NCBI GenBank assembly: GCA_951406725.2
Contig: OX597815.1
Coordinates: forward strand, 1,922,001 to 1,986,000
Origin: Octopus vulgaris
Lineage: Eukaryota
Reading direction: 5' to 3'
Length of the DNA: 64,000 nucleotides
The position numbers and the translations under genes are program-made. The first letter of the stretch is position 1. Each line of letters opens with the position of its first letter. A model generated the notes under the pieces. That model worked only from the letters and a program-made list of their open reading frames with translations, ran no database searches and was not told the DNA's origin. This document shows, piece by piece, positions 41,972 to 55,233 of this stretch.

Positions 41972-42203
41972 AAAGGCGATGACCAGGCAGAAACGTTAGC
42001 ACGCCGGGCGAAATGCTTATTTCGTCTGTCGCTACGTTCTGAGTTCAAATTCCACCGAGGTCGACTTTGCCTTTCATCCTTTCGGGGTCGATAAATTAAG
42101 TACCAGTTACACACTGGTGGTCGATGTAATCGACTTAATCCCTTTGTCTGTCCTTGTTTGTCCCTTCTGTGTTTAGCCCCTTTTGGGTAGTAAAGAAATA
42201 GGT
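41972..42203 (+). mobile_element. SINE family B with 13-bp TSD
   Basis: tatggggtccact at 41959-41971 and 42204-42216. Confidence 0.9.
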
Positions 42204-42969
42204 TATGGGGTCCACTTTGCTCACACACAAACAACAGACTTTCCAAATTGATCTCCGTCAGTCTCGGCAGGAATTCCAATTGCAGACACGCGTGCGTCTT
42301 TATCTTCCAGGTACGATCCGCCTGACAGGCTTCCATACATTTTCTGTCGACCGAGACACTATGGAAATGACTCTGGCTCAAAATGTCACGCAAATGGCAA
42401 CGAATCCGGATCTCATTAAAACCTTCTCATTGTCCGTCGGCTCGTGACATACACTACACTTTACTCTGTATTGAAAATATATTAATAAACAATTCTTTGT
42501 TTTATACATATGACTTTAACGACTTAGACTATCAGATGTGATTATACATCGCTGGTCACAATGCGCTTTCATGCATTGTTGTAACTTTCGAATGATTCCA
42601 CCCTACTTTCTAGGCGGGCAGGCTAATGTCCCCCCCACCTTCCACCCCTAAAAGAAACGCCAGTCCGTCGCAGGGTTATGCATTCACAACTGAGTGAACT
42701 GAAGCAACATGAAATGAAGAGTTTTGCTCAAGAACAGAACACAAAGTCTGGTCCGGGAATCGAAACCACAATCTCACAATCATCAGTGTACCATACCCAA
42801 CCACTAGGCCATGCGTCTTCGCGCGCGCGCGCACACACACACACACAGACACACAGACACAGAGGTGACATATATATAATTATTCATTGTGGCTATTATG
42901 GCATTTGTTCCGGTTTCTGTCGTAAATATTTCAAGTGCGCCCTTCTGATTGCATTTAAGTGTACTTGCA

Positions 42970-43520
42970 TACTTGTATGTATGCATGTACGTATGTATGT
43001 ATCTATGTACGTATGTATGTATGCATGCATATACGTATGTATGTATGCATGTACTTATGTATGTGTGTGTATGTATGCATGTACGTATGTATATATGTAC
43101 TATGTACGTGTGTATGTATGTATGTATGTACGTATGTATGCATATACGTTTGTATGTATGCATGTACGTATGTATAATGTATGTATGTGTGTGTGTATGT
43201 ATGTATGTATGTATGTATGTATGTATGTATGTATGTATGTATGTATGTATGTATGTATGTATGCATGTACTTATGTATATATGTACTATGTATGTGTGTG
43301 TGTATGTATGTATGTACTATGTATGTGTGTGTGTATGTATGTATGTATGTATGTATGTACGTATGCATATACGTTTGTATGTATGCGTGTACGTATGTAT
43401 CTATGTACGTATGTATCTATGTACGTATGTATAATGTATGTATGTATGTATGTATGTATGCACATACGTTTGTATGTATGCATGTACGTATGTGTGTATG
43501 TACGTGTGTGTGTGTGTGTG
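42970..43520. repeat. Degenerate (ATGT)n microsatellite
   Basis: gtatgtatgt arrays with gcat/acgt variants. Confidence 0.95.
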
Positions 43521-43550
43521 TACGATCTGATAATTCTGCACACGCATACT

Positions 43551-43585
<35 letters not shown>

Positions 43586-44249
43586 AGGTAAACAACTGCT
43601 TAGCCAAGATTATTATAGGACTAACAAATGCCTAAGTTATTGTAGGAATATTTGACTGAAGGCAAACCTTCAAAAGTTATGTCAATACAACTAACAACAG
43701 CTTCATCAACTCTGATCGCCATAAATCTGCACTACAAAGACCAGGCACCTGGTGGTAAACAGACACACACACACACACACACCCACACAACGAACAACAA
43801 CAAACGTCACACACTGTCAATGCCATACCCGCTGCCCTCCACACCACAGACGAGGCTTTACTTCAAACAATCTCGTCTTCGACTACAAACACGCGTTGCA
43901 TTAATTAGCAAACCTTCCCGTTTGACTGTTGTTCTGCGAAGGGAAGTCGACGAAGCACTCGTGTATAAGGAAAACATTCCTTCAGCTAGAACCTGCAATC
44001 TTGAAGTGAGTGTAAGTCATGGCTGGACCGTCGCCTACTAGCGCATTAGAGTGTTGCAAAGTGCTCTGAGTGGTACAGTATATTTGGTGGGACATCGGTC
44101 CTCACCTTCTTAAGGGTTTAGTGTGAGTGAGAGGAAGAGAGAGAGAGATGAGTGGTAACGGTGGAGGATATATTCTGAGCATTTCTCATCAGCTGCTATG
44201 GAGACTCTTCTGCTTGGAGCGGAGTTATTAAGGGTGTTACTATGTGACC

Positions 44250-44580
44250 GACTGGCACTCCGTCGGTTACGACGATGAGCGTTCCAGTTGATCCAATCAA
44301 CAGAACAGCCTCGTCGTGAAATTAACATGCAAGTGGGCTGAGTATTCCACAGATACGCATACCCTTAACGTAGTTCTCAAGGAGATTCAGGGTGGCACAG
44401 AATGCAACAAGGATGGACCTTCGAATTACAAGTATAACTCATTTCTTTAGCTGAGTGAACTGGAGTAATGTGAAATAAAGTGTCTTGCTCAAGAGACACC
44501 ACGCACCTCTGGAAATTGAACTCAGGACGACATTACGATTGTGAGCTGAATGCTCTAAACGATAATCCAAGCACCTTCAT
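44250..44580 (-). mobile_element. CORE-type tRNA SINE family D
   Basis: Minus strand gagttcaatttcc..gtgtctcttgagcaagacactttatttcacattactccagttcactcagct, a MIR/CORE-like domain. Confidence 0.75.
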
Positions 44581-46355
44581 GGTGTTACTATGTATAAATG
44601 GATAAACTGACTTACTTCGTCTGTCCTTGTTTGTCCCCTCTGTGTTCAACCCCTTGTGGGCAATAAAGAAATAGGTATTCTGTCTGTCTTTACATTCTGA
44701 GTTCAAATTCCGCCGAGGTCTTCTTTGCCTTTCATCCTTTTAGGGTTGATTAAACAAATACAGGTACACACTGGGGTTGATTTAATCCCTGTCTGCCTGT
44801 CCTTGTTTGTCCCCTCTATGTTTAGCCCCCTGTGGGCAATAAAGAAATAAACATTTGCCCGATTTTTCAATAGCGCTTATCTAATTTTCTCTTCCACATC
44901 TGCATTCTCTATTTTGTCAGTTTCATTTCCAAAATATTTGTATGGATAATTCTGGTCTAGTTTTTCTAATTTCACACACACACACACACACACACACATA
45001 TCCAACCCATGCCAGCATCATCATCGTTTAACGTCCCTTTTCCATGCTAGCATGGGTTGGACGGGTCAACTGGGGTCTGGGAAGCCCGAAGGCTGCACCA
45101 GACCAGTCAGATCTGGCAGTGTTTTTACAGCTGGATGCCCTTCCTAACGCCAACCACTCCGTGAGTGTAGTGGGTGCTTTTTATGTGCCACCGACACAGG
45201 TGCCAGACGGAAAATAAATATCATATGATGATCACACACACAATTAAACACAAGACAAACTTTACAAAATTAAAAGAAGACACTATTTTCATTATAAGGC
45301 TTCAAAGTAAAGGGATATCAAACAAACAAACTATTAAAAATACTATAAAAAACAATCAGGAATAGCTTTGTTTACCGTTTCAAAAATCTAAAGGACATCA
45401 AAGTGAGAAGTCAAAATATGAACAGCTCAAGTAACTTAACAACTGACTATTTTTTAAACAGAAATAAACCCAATTGGATCCACAACCTCTCCACTTTTAA
45501 AACATTGTAGGAATATAACACTGAAGTGAATGTAAGCTGAAAGACCACATGGAAAGGAAATTAAAATTACATTGGACATTATTGAATAAAATTTACTGAA
45601 AACATATCGTATCAATTAAAAAGAGTTTTAATGAAATATCCAAATCTAGAATTTATGTAAACAGATAAATAATAGAAGGTGGCATGAATGACATTCTTTA
45701 TTTAAAATATGCTCTAATATCTATACAGCCTTGGGTTTTTTTTTATCTTATTACATGTGCAGGTGGCATGTAAAAAGCACCCACTACACTCATGGAGTGG
45801 TTGGTGTTAGGAAGAGCATCCAGCTGTAGAAACATTGCCAGATAAGACCGGAGCCTGGTGCAGCCTTCTGGCTTCCCAGATCCCCGGTCGAACCGTCCAA
45901 CCCATGCTAGCATGGAGAACGGACGTTAAACGATGATGATGATGATGATTACACAAAGAATTCTTATATACACACGCTGACATAGAACCAGCGTTGAACC
46001 CTTTATTCGCAATATTACCGAATCTGGAACTTAACTATGGTCTGTCTATAGCACTTATTCAGTATTACCTGACATCTTTGGGTCTCAATGACACCATTAT
46101 CTCTTATAACTACAATTGTTTGGACACATTTTCCCACTGTATGATGGCATCAGGTAGCCAACAGCTGTGGATGAGCTTTGCATGGCATTCTACAAGGTTT
46201 TTACTGAAATCTAAAATTTACATCTCCTCCTGTAGCTTTGGTAGTTTCAACATGAGAAAACTGGAATGAGAACATCTTGCTTGAAAAACAGGTGATGATT
46301 AGGATCAGGGAGGGCATCTGGCTACCAAACACCGTCTCAGCCTCAGCCAACTTAT

Positions 46356-46700
46356 ATCTCTATATATATTTAAATGGCAAAATGTCTGTTGGTGTGTGTG
46401 TCCTTTATACAAATCCACAATTTTTCAGTTAGAGGGCTCGCACTTTCAATGGTCATTTAAAACCGTCCAAGACTGGTCGTGCACATCTTTACATTTCCCC
46501 AGTCACCCCGCAAAGCCATTAAAAAAATCAATAGAAGTGACTTTTTTGTGAATTTTCTATCCAAAACCCAATCAAAATGATCGAAATTTGATACGCCAAT
46601 TGAATGCCAGCTAGCTGTATGTGATTGGTCGGCGATTTGGACACTACTTGCATGAATGTGCGCACGCATGCAGCTGTATATGCATAGTAAAAAATAAGCA
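46356..46700 (+). mobile_element. Possible non-autonomous Helitron 5' fragment
   Basis: a|tctctatatatatttaaatggcaaaatgtctgttggtgtgtgtgtcc start typical of TC-initiated Helitron-N families; 3' CTAG hairpin not found. Confidence 0.35.
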
Positions 46701-47275
46701 TGGAGAAAAGCTGACATGAAAATGATGCTCCAGTGTGTGTGTGTGTGTGTGTGATGATACACATTTATATAAACACAGATGGAATAATAAGAACAAAGAG
46801 AAGGAATATCAGCCAAAGTGATTTCGGCTTCCTTTCATTGTGGAGTGAAAATAAGAATTCAGAATGGATGGGAATTTAATGAACAGCAAAGCTAATATAA
46901 TGCTTTATGGAGAGAGGGTCTTGACACTGTTCCAGATGGGGAGAGAGACTGAGGGGTGACAGAGAGAGAGAAAAAGAGAGAGAGAGAGTGTGTGTGTGTG
47001 TGTGTGTGTTGGGTATGGGTGGAGAGAGGAGAGAGGCTAAGGCTCTTAATGTTTCTTCAGGAAGCTGCTCAGACTATTATGAAGTCTCAAGGCAAAAAAA
47101 AAAAAAAAGAAAAAATCCGTAATAACAAAGCAAAACAAAAAAAAATCTCCATGGATCTTCATTAGTTTTTTTGACAGAAAAAAAAATGATGAAAAGATGT
47201 AGAAAAAAACAAAAAACCACAGAGAAAGGAAAACTCTGAGGAAAAGTAAAAGACAGAATATTGTTGCTTGCTGAG

Positions 47276-47361
47276 ACAAGTTCCTCCACCCAACAAAGCC
47301 AGCATCCAGAGATTAGTTTCAGAGTCTCTGGATGCTGGCCTTGCTGGGTGGAGGTGCTTGT
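47276..47361 (-). ncRNA. Pre-miRNA-like hairpin (unique in window)
   Basis: About 37-bp stem and 8-12 nt loop; two plus-strand A.C mismatches become G.U pairs on the minus strand. Confidence 0.4.
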
Positions 47362-48329
47362 TGCCACATTGAAAAGATAAGGACACAGAAAATGTGTCAA
47401 GTCCAACAGGGAACGGTGTTTCCTAGGGCTAAATAACAGTAACATTCTTCCCTTTCATGGGACTCTCACATTAAGTTGACAACATACCACCACTTTATTG
47501 TGTTGCTACTGTATAAATCTCTCTGAGAGATTTAGAAATGAAATTATTTCTATTGTGGCTTGTTCTTTAGGCCAATATCTATTTCTTTACTACCCACAAC
47601 GAGCTAAACACAGAGGGGACAAACAAGGACAGACAAAGGGATTACGTTGATTACATCGACCCCAGTGCATAACTGGTATTTAATTTATTGAACCCGAAAG
47701 GATGAAAGGCAAAGTTGACCTTGGCAGAATTTGAACTCAGAACGTAACGGCGGACGGCATTTAGCCCAGCGTGCTAACATTTCTGCCAGCTTGCCACCTT
47801 CTCTTTAGCCCAATATTAAAGGTAGAAGAAGTATTTAAAGGTTGGCCAATAACGAATTTCGGACTCTGGCAGAACAACTAATAACCAGATCTTCTACCCT
47901 TTTGCTTTACTTGTTTTTGTCTTTAGACTCTGGCCATGCTGGGGAAATGCCTTGAAGAATTTTTAGTTGGCTTTTTTTAAGCCTGGTACTTATTCTATCA
48001 GAGTCTTTTGCCGAACTGCTAAGTTATGTGGACATAGACACACCAATACTGATTGTCAAGTGGTGTTGGGAACAAACACACATAATGGGCTTCTTTCAGT
48101 TTCTGGCTACCAAATCCAATCACAAGGGTTTGGTTGGCCCAAGGCTATAGAAAACACTTGTCCAAGGTGCCATACAGTGAGACTGAACCAAGAACCATGG
48201 GAAGTAAGCTTCTTACCACACAACCATACCTGTGCCTTGTGTGTGTGTCTTTGTTTCTGAGTTTGTCCCCCACCACTGCTTGGCAACCAGTGTTGATGTG
48301 CTTACATCCCCATAACTTAGTGGTTCGGC

Positions 48330-48735
48330 ATGTGCCCCGTGCTAGTAGGGTGCTAAGAGCACCATTCGAGAGTGATCGTTGCCAGAGCGGCCAACTGGCT
48401 CCATGCCGGTGGCACGTAAAAGGGCACCATTCGAGCGTGATCATTACTAGCGTCGCCTTACTGGCACCTGTGCCGGTGACATGTGTAAAAAGATTCGAGC
48501 GAGGTCATTGCCAGTACCGCCTGACTGGCCCCATGCCGGTGACCCGTAAAAGCTCCCACTACACTCTTCTCGGAGTGGTTGGCATTACGAAGGGCATCCA
48601 GCTGTAGAAACTCTGCTAGATCAAGATTGGAGCCTGGTGCGGCCGTCTGGTTTGCCAGCCCTCAGTCAAAATCGTCCAACCCATGCTAGCATGGAAAGCA
48701 GACGTTAAACGATGATGATGATGATGATGATGATG
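48330..48735 (+). mobile_element. RTE 3' UTR (family C)
   Basis: Tandem units plus (gat)n tail. Confidence 0.8.
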
Positions 48736-49334
48736 GTGACACACACATAACAGATACACCCTCCCACACATGATACATATATATATACCTACACACGAAG
48801 CAGATACATACAAATATATGCATATACCAACACACACACACACACATGTACACACACACACACACACACACACCATATGTAAGAGATTAAAAGCAATCAA
48901 TACTGAACTAAAAACACATATTTTGCTTTCATTCTCTTGACTTTTAGTGATTTGTAAATAACAAACATGAGACTAGGCCTGAAGAATAAGCCATTGTTTG
49001 GTTGGGGAGGTTCCCCAACAGCCTTTCAGCTGATGCCAGAACGTTGAAAGTGGGGTGGAGGGGAGAGTTAGGTTTTGGGAGATGCTAAACTGCTAAAGCA
49101 GAATAATTAATTGAATTTAGCGGCACCAACAGCAAACAGACTTTTCTATGTTGAACGATGGTAGGAAGTTTGCTTACTTGCTTAAGGTTTCATTCTTCAT
49201 CCAACAACAACATCAACAGCACAAATAACGGGACATTTTGGAAGTCCTTACTGTACCCTTGATGTATGACTGGTACTCGCGATATTGTGAAGGAAGATGG
49301 CCCAATAGATCTAAACACATTTTGTACATAATAC

Positions 49335-49689
49335 AGTTCTATATCTAAGAGATGAGGAATTATTTACATTATTTACATTTGATGGATATTTGTCCTCATC
49401 TTGTTGGTTGTTAACACAACGCCATATGCGCATGGGCATATGGCGTAGTGGTTAAGCGCGTGGGCTACTAACCCCAAGATTCTGAGTTCGATTCCAGGCA
49501 GTGACCTGAATAATAATAATAATAATATTAATAATGATATCAAAAAATACCTTAGGAATGAGAACCCAGGTTTGAAATTTCCCCAAGACACCTGATAAAA
49601 GCTGGAGGGTATATCAACCGAAACGTTGTGTTAACAACAAACAAGATGAGGACAAATATCTGTCAAATGTAAATAATGTAAATAATGTA
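49335..49689 (+). mobile_element. tRNA-headed hammerhead element (copy 2) with inverted tail copy at the 5' end
   Basis: Inverted tail 49335-49421, palindrome 49420-49445, A-box 49441-49451, B-box 49484-49495, mutated hammerhead 49587-49632 (CUGAUAA). Confidence 0.85.
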
Positions 49690-49699
49690 GATTTTGTAG

Positions 49700-50130
49700 G
49701 TGTTCTCAATGGAACAGAGGACTAGTGAGAGGAGGGAGTCTGCAGCTGTGTGAAACCTTGTTTAACAGAAATGGAAGGAATCTGGTTGAGAGTGGTGGTC
49801 GTGTTGGATTCAAATGACTGAAAGTAGTATCGTGTGTGTGTGGGTGTGGCTGGTGGAATAAAAAGGGTCTAGATGGGTGGTTAGCTTGTGTCGGGTTGGA
49901 CGCAAAAAAGGCAGTGAATGTGGATGCTTTTCCTGTGTGAGTACGGTTCACAGAACCATCAACATTTACAAATGAAGGGATGGTTAGATTCCACAGAGTT
50001 AGTAGAAATCATTTTGGTAAAGCAGCAGAAGGATTGGCAGCAGTTTAGGAAATGGAAGTGTTTAAGGAGAGTGTTATGTTGAGAGGTGGGCATCTTGGAT
50101 TGTCTTGTAGAAGATGTGGTGCTGAGTACA
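49700..50130 (-). pseudogene. Degraded CR1/Jockey-type LINE ORF2 fragment
   Basis: Minus-strand peptides IPSFVNVDGSV and GKASTFTAFFASN resemble the EN-RT tether region; frameshifted. Confidence 0.4.
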
Positions 50131-50199
50131 AGTCATTCAGCTTGTATAGGTGGATACACACACACATATACATACAACTACCTATACACACTCATATGT

Positions 50200-50612
50200 A
50201 TACTCTTTACTCTCTCTTTTACTTGTTTCAGTCATTTGACTGCGGCCATGCTGGAGCACCGCCTTTAGTCGAGCAAATCAACCCCAGGACTTATTCTTTG
50301 TAAGCCCAGTACTTATTCTATCGGTCTCTTTTGCCGAACCGCTAAGTGACGGGGACGTAAACACACCAGCATCAGTTGTCAAGCAATGCTAGGGGGACAA
50401 ACACAGACACACAAACACACACACACATACATATATATACATATATACGGCAGGCTTCTTTCAGTTTCCGTCTACCAAATCCACTCACAAGGCATTGGTC
50501 AGCCTGATGCTATAGCAGAAGACACTTGCCCAAGATGCCACGCAGTGGGACTGAACCCGGAACAATGTGGTTGGTTAGCAAGCTACTTTACCAAACAGCC
50601 ACTCCTGCGCCT
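50200..50612 (-). mobile_element. SINE family A, full length
   Basis: Reverse complement of 12792-13201. Confidence 0.9.
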
Positions 50613-50992
50613 ATATATATATATATATACATTTCAGGGCATTCGCAGACTTACAATTCGATAGTTCCAAACCCAACTATTTTGTAGAGTTTTAACATTC
50701 TTTGGAACCTCCTGAGCTTCCACCACACCAACTTCGACTCAACAGAAATAGAAGCCAAACCTCTCACAAATCCCACACAACTGTCAATAAGGGTGGAGGG
50801 TTGGGCCAAGATTTGTAAGGTGTGTTTTGAGCTTAATTCCTGCAGCACAGTTATGACTAAATTACTTGGGAGTGAGGTTTTGCTTAGTTGGGGGTGGAGA
50901 GCCATGCCTAAGAGGATGGGTTCACTGGCACACAGCAAAGTTTCTGACAGGTAAAGAGTAAAACATGAGCTACTAATGAAAACAGGTGGCTT

Positions 50993-51522
50993 TCATCATC
51001 ATCATCATTTAACGTCTGTTTTCCATGCTAGCATGGGTTGGATGGTTTGACAGGAGTCTGGTAAGCCATGGAGGCTGCACCAGGCTCCAGTCTGGTCTGG
51101 CAGTGTTTCTACAACCGGATGTCCTTCCTAACGCCAACCACACCGTGAGTGTAATGGGTGTTTTTTACATGCCACCAGCACAGGTGCCAGGCGAGGCTGG
51201 TAACGGCCACAATCGGTTGGTGCTTTTACGTGTCACCGACATGGACGCCAGTCAGGCGGCGCTGGCATCTGCCACGTTCGGACGGTGCTTTCTACGTGTC
51301 ACCGGCATGGGTGTCTTAACTACAATTTCCATTTGATTTTTATTTTGATGTTGGTGTTGACGTACTTGACTCAATTAGGTCTCCTCAAGAACAGCAGGTC
51401 ACTCTACAATCCAAGGTTAGCACAGCAGGCCGTCCTGCGAGCCATGAACTCACTTCATTTGTTGGGTCTTCACAGTCACAGCATATCTCAGGGGTCTCGG
51501 TCTTCGTCATTTCCTCGGTGAG
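50993..51522 (-). mobile_element. Longest RTE 3' end in the window, reaching the ORF C-terminus
   Basis: Minus strand accgaggaaatgacgaagaccgagacccctgagatatgctgtg.. resembles a frameshifted TEEMT.DR..WRYAV, the RTE C-terminal DR..WR motif. Confidence 0.7.
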
Positions 51523-51956
51523 ACCCTGTGGATAGGATATTTGGCTTAGGATTGTGTGGACGCGAGTTTGATTCCTGGCAGCAATACACTTTATTTCACA
51601 TTGATCCAGTCCACTCAGCTGCTCAAAATGAGTAGTACCTGTAATTGAAAGGGGTCAGCCTTGTCCCTTTCTGTGTCATGCTCAATCTCTCTGTATTAAG
51701 GGTACATGTATCTGTGGACTACATGTAGGTTAATTGGGCATGTCTTTTACTTTTTACTTGTTTCATTCATTAGACTGTGGCCATGATGGAGCACTGTCCG
51801 GAAGAGTTTTAGTCAACAAATTGATCCCAGTAATTTTTTAAAGTCCAGTACTATTCTATCGGTCTCTTTTGCTGAACTGCTAAGTTATGAGGATGTAAAC
51901 CCACCAACACTGGTTGTCAAGTGATATAGGGAGACAAAACACACACACAGATGTTC

Positions 51957-51990
<34 letters not shown>

Positions 51991-52123
51991 CATCATCATC
52001 ATTGTTTAACGTCCGTTTCCCATGCTAGTATGGCTTGGACGGTTTGACCAAGGTTTGGGAAGCCAGGAGGCTGCGCCAAGCTCCAGTCTGATCTGGCAGT
52101 ACTTCTATGGCTGGATGCCCTTC

Positions 52124-52170
<47 letters not shown>

Positions 52171-53668
52171 TGGGCTTCTTTCAGTTTCTGTCTACCAAAT
52201 CTACTCACAAGACTTTGGTCAGTCTGAGGTTATCGTACGGGGCACTTGGCTCAAGGTGCCATGCAATGGCCACGTGATGAGGAAGCAAACTGCTTACCAC
52301 ACAGCCATGCTGGTGCCTAAATCTTAATAAATACATCTTTATCAATGCATTCTGTGTGTGTGTGCATGTGTTCACATGTAAGTGCATAGGCATGTATGCA
52401 TGTACGTGTAAGTACATGTGTGTGTATATGTACGTGTGTATATATATGTATGTGTGTGTGTGTGTGTGTATGCATGAGCATGTGTGAGAATGCATGTATC
52501 AGTTCTTAGAGAGAATGTAGCCAGAAGAGTAAGGTCGGTTGACAAAAGGAAACCTTTTCTATAGTGTCATGTTAGAGAGAGAGGGGGGTGAGACAGAAGA
52601 GAGCAGGAAAAGAAACAAGAGAGGAGGAGGAGAGAGCAGCGATTTGGTTTTCAATAGTTCCGTGTTATAATCAAAAAAGAAATGTCTGAGTAAATAAATA
52701 AATAAATAAAAACTTCAGTCACGAGTGTTTATTAGACAAAAACACAAGCAGAGTGTGTGTGTGTGTGCATTCTTTACTGAGCTTTATAGTGCTGACAGAT
52801 GATGATGACGACTGCAAACAGATCTCCATACACATTATGTTATCGGCTGGTTATCTTGTGTACACACGTACAAACACACGTATTCTTCTGAACAGCAAAA
52901 CAACAGGAAAATCATTTTCTTATGAACAGGGGTTGGACAAATAATGGAAACAACATTTGTTATTTATGGTTTTCTATGGGCAATATGACAATTTCAAAAC
53001 TGTTCCAGTTGGCATACGTCTGTTGTTATGCATTATGTATGCCTTGTACTTCAGTGACTGATCTTAAAGAGGACAAATCTTTGGAACAAACAAAGATGGC
53101 TGGAGATTCAGCTAATAATAAATCTGTTGAATTGATTGTTTCAAAGAAGTACAGTTACTAAAATTATAGAGACATTTGAAAACCAAGGTAAAAACCAGCT
53201 CTTACAGAAAAAGATCACAGAATAGTAAAACTTAAAAGGCGGTGAGCTGGCAGAAACGTTGGCACGCCGGGCGAAATGCTTATTTCGTCTGCCACTACGT
53301 CCTGAGTTCAAATTCACTTTGCCTTTCATCCTTTCGAGGTTGATTAAATAAGTACCAGTTAGGCACTGGAGTCGATATAATCGACTTAATCCGTTTGTCT
53401 ATCCTTGTTTGTCCCCTCTGTGTTTAGCTCCTTGCGGGTAGTAAAGAAATAAGAATAGTGGAACCTATTGCCACTCCCACCAACAAAAACAACAACAACA
53501 ACAACATTGAACTACGACAGCAAAAGTGATTGAAGAGCGAAGCCACCATCTTGCCAATCTCATGTCGTGAGCTTCAGAAAGTTGGAGACAATGAGAGGAT
53601 TCTAATTGCTAAAACTCTCCTATTCTTCCCATCAATTTTGATAAAGGGGAAAAAAACGGGGTCTAGAC

Positions 53669-54244
53669 CAGTGGGTCTTAACCCTTATTTGCCTATGGAC
53701 CCTGTTTGATTCTTGTTTTACTTTGCTGAGTTCCCATGGCCATTCGATGCATAAAAAAGGATCACTCCGTCAGTTACAATGAGGGTCCCAGTTGATCTGA
53801 TCAACGGAATAGCTTGCTCGTGAAATTAACGTGCAAGTGGCTGAGCACCCCACAAACATGTGTACCCCTTAACGTAGTTCTTAGGGAGATTCAGCTTGAC
53901 ACAGAGTGTGACAAGGCTGGCCCTTTGAAATACAAGTCCTACACATTTTTGCCAGCTGGGTGGACAGGAGCAACGTGAAATAAAGTGTCTTGCTCAAGGA
54001 CACAACGTACCGCTGGGAATTGAACTCACAACCTTATGATCATGAACTGAATGCCCTAACCACTAAGCCACGTGCCTTTATTCGATCTGTATACACACAC
54101 AAAGTCTTCCTGTATAATTGTAGAAAAAAATTTCAATATTTTGTGCTTTGCAGAAATATAACCAAATTATTGCACATAAATTGTAACAGCAAGTTCTTAC
54201 ATGGACCCTGAAAGGGTCACATGGGCACCGGTTGAGAGCCATGG
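53669..54244. mobile_element. hAT/Charlie MITE carrying a nested SINE D (53757-54078, -)
   Basis: TIRs cagtgggtcttaacc / ggttgagagccatgg; TSD gtctagac / gtgtagac (Charlie NTCTAGAN target). Confidence 0.7.
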
Positions 54245-54359
54245 GTGTAGACTATCAACGGCTCAATAGGACAATGTCATTTTCTCTGAGGAGTCAGCAT
54301 TCACCCTTTTTTCTCATTTCGGGGCAAGTTTATGTTTAGAGACAGCCAAAGAAGCCATC

Positions 54360-54390
<31 letters not shown>

Positions 54391-54691
54391 CACACACATA
54401 TATATAAATACACACACACACATACACACATTGTTGTATTTCGGGAGGGCCATAATAAACACACGCACTATATACTCATTCTTCACTTGCTTATTACTCT
54501 TCTTATTTTACTGACACAAGAACATGTATCATACATCAAAATGAAGCTGGTCCTCTGTGGATCACATCCCTACTTCTCAACATAGTCACTGTTTCTCTCA
54601 ATAGCAATGTTCCACCTTCGAATGAGAGCATGTATCTCTGCCCCATAAAATTCTGTTGACTGTTCTTTGAGCCACTTCTTCACTACCTCCA

Positions 54692-55014
54692 CACTCACCA
54701 GATTTAGCACCTTCAGACTATCATCTCTTTGGCCCCATGAAAGAGGGTTTGAGAGACAAACATTATTCCAGTGACGAGGAAGCGAAAACTGTAGTGAAGA
54801 AGTAGCTCAAAGAACAGTCAACAGAATTTTATGGGGCAGGGATACATGCTTTCATTTGAAGGTGGAACATTGCTAATGAGAGAAACAGTGACTATGTTGA
54901 GAAGTAGGGATATGACCCACAGAGGACCAGCTTCATTTTGATGTATGATACATGTTCCTGTGCTGGTAATTATACCTGTCCTTAACAAAATGGCATTACT
55001 TTTTGACTCACCCT
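54692..55014 (+). mobile_element. Mariner 3' fragment (transposase C-terminus plus TIR)
   Basis: HSPDLAPSDYHLFGPMKEGLR..RWNIANERNSDYVEK* with internal stops; TIR-like cattactttttgactcaccct. Confidence 0.9.
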
Positions 55015-55199
55015 ATTTGTCCACAGCGAGAATTTTCTCCATGGCAAAATGCAGTGAACGACTTTGTTTAGAGTTGAAACAAGTCTCAAACATGCAGAGA
55101 CACACCTGCAGACATACGGAATAATACCCGCACCCATGCAGCCATATGCGCGCTCATACACAGAAATCTCCGCGTATAGCACACTCACTCCTTCTCTCT

Positions 55200-55233
<34 letters not shown>

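Noticed and set aside
49434-49508. Functional tRNA gene
   Set aside because: Acceptor, anticodon and T stems mismatched and joined to a repeat body; it is a SINE head
50785-50806. ggagggttgggc resembling a twister ribozyme 3' end
   Set aside because: Upstream GGUCCCAAGCCC and pseudoknot partners absent
50657-50943. Minus-strand exon candidate (polypyrimidine-AG, GTAAGT, open frame)
   Set aside because: Peptide unrecognisable, adjacent to LINE debris, no partner exons; needs RNA-seq
53055-53187. Plus-strand exon candidate (cttcag ... aag|gtaaaa)
   Set aside because: Stops in all three frames; splice signals alone are insufficient
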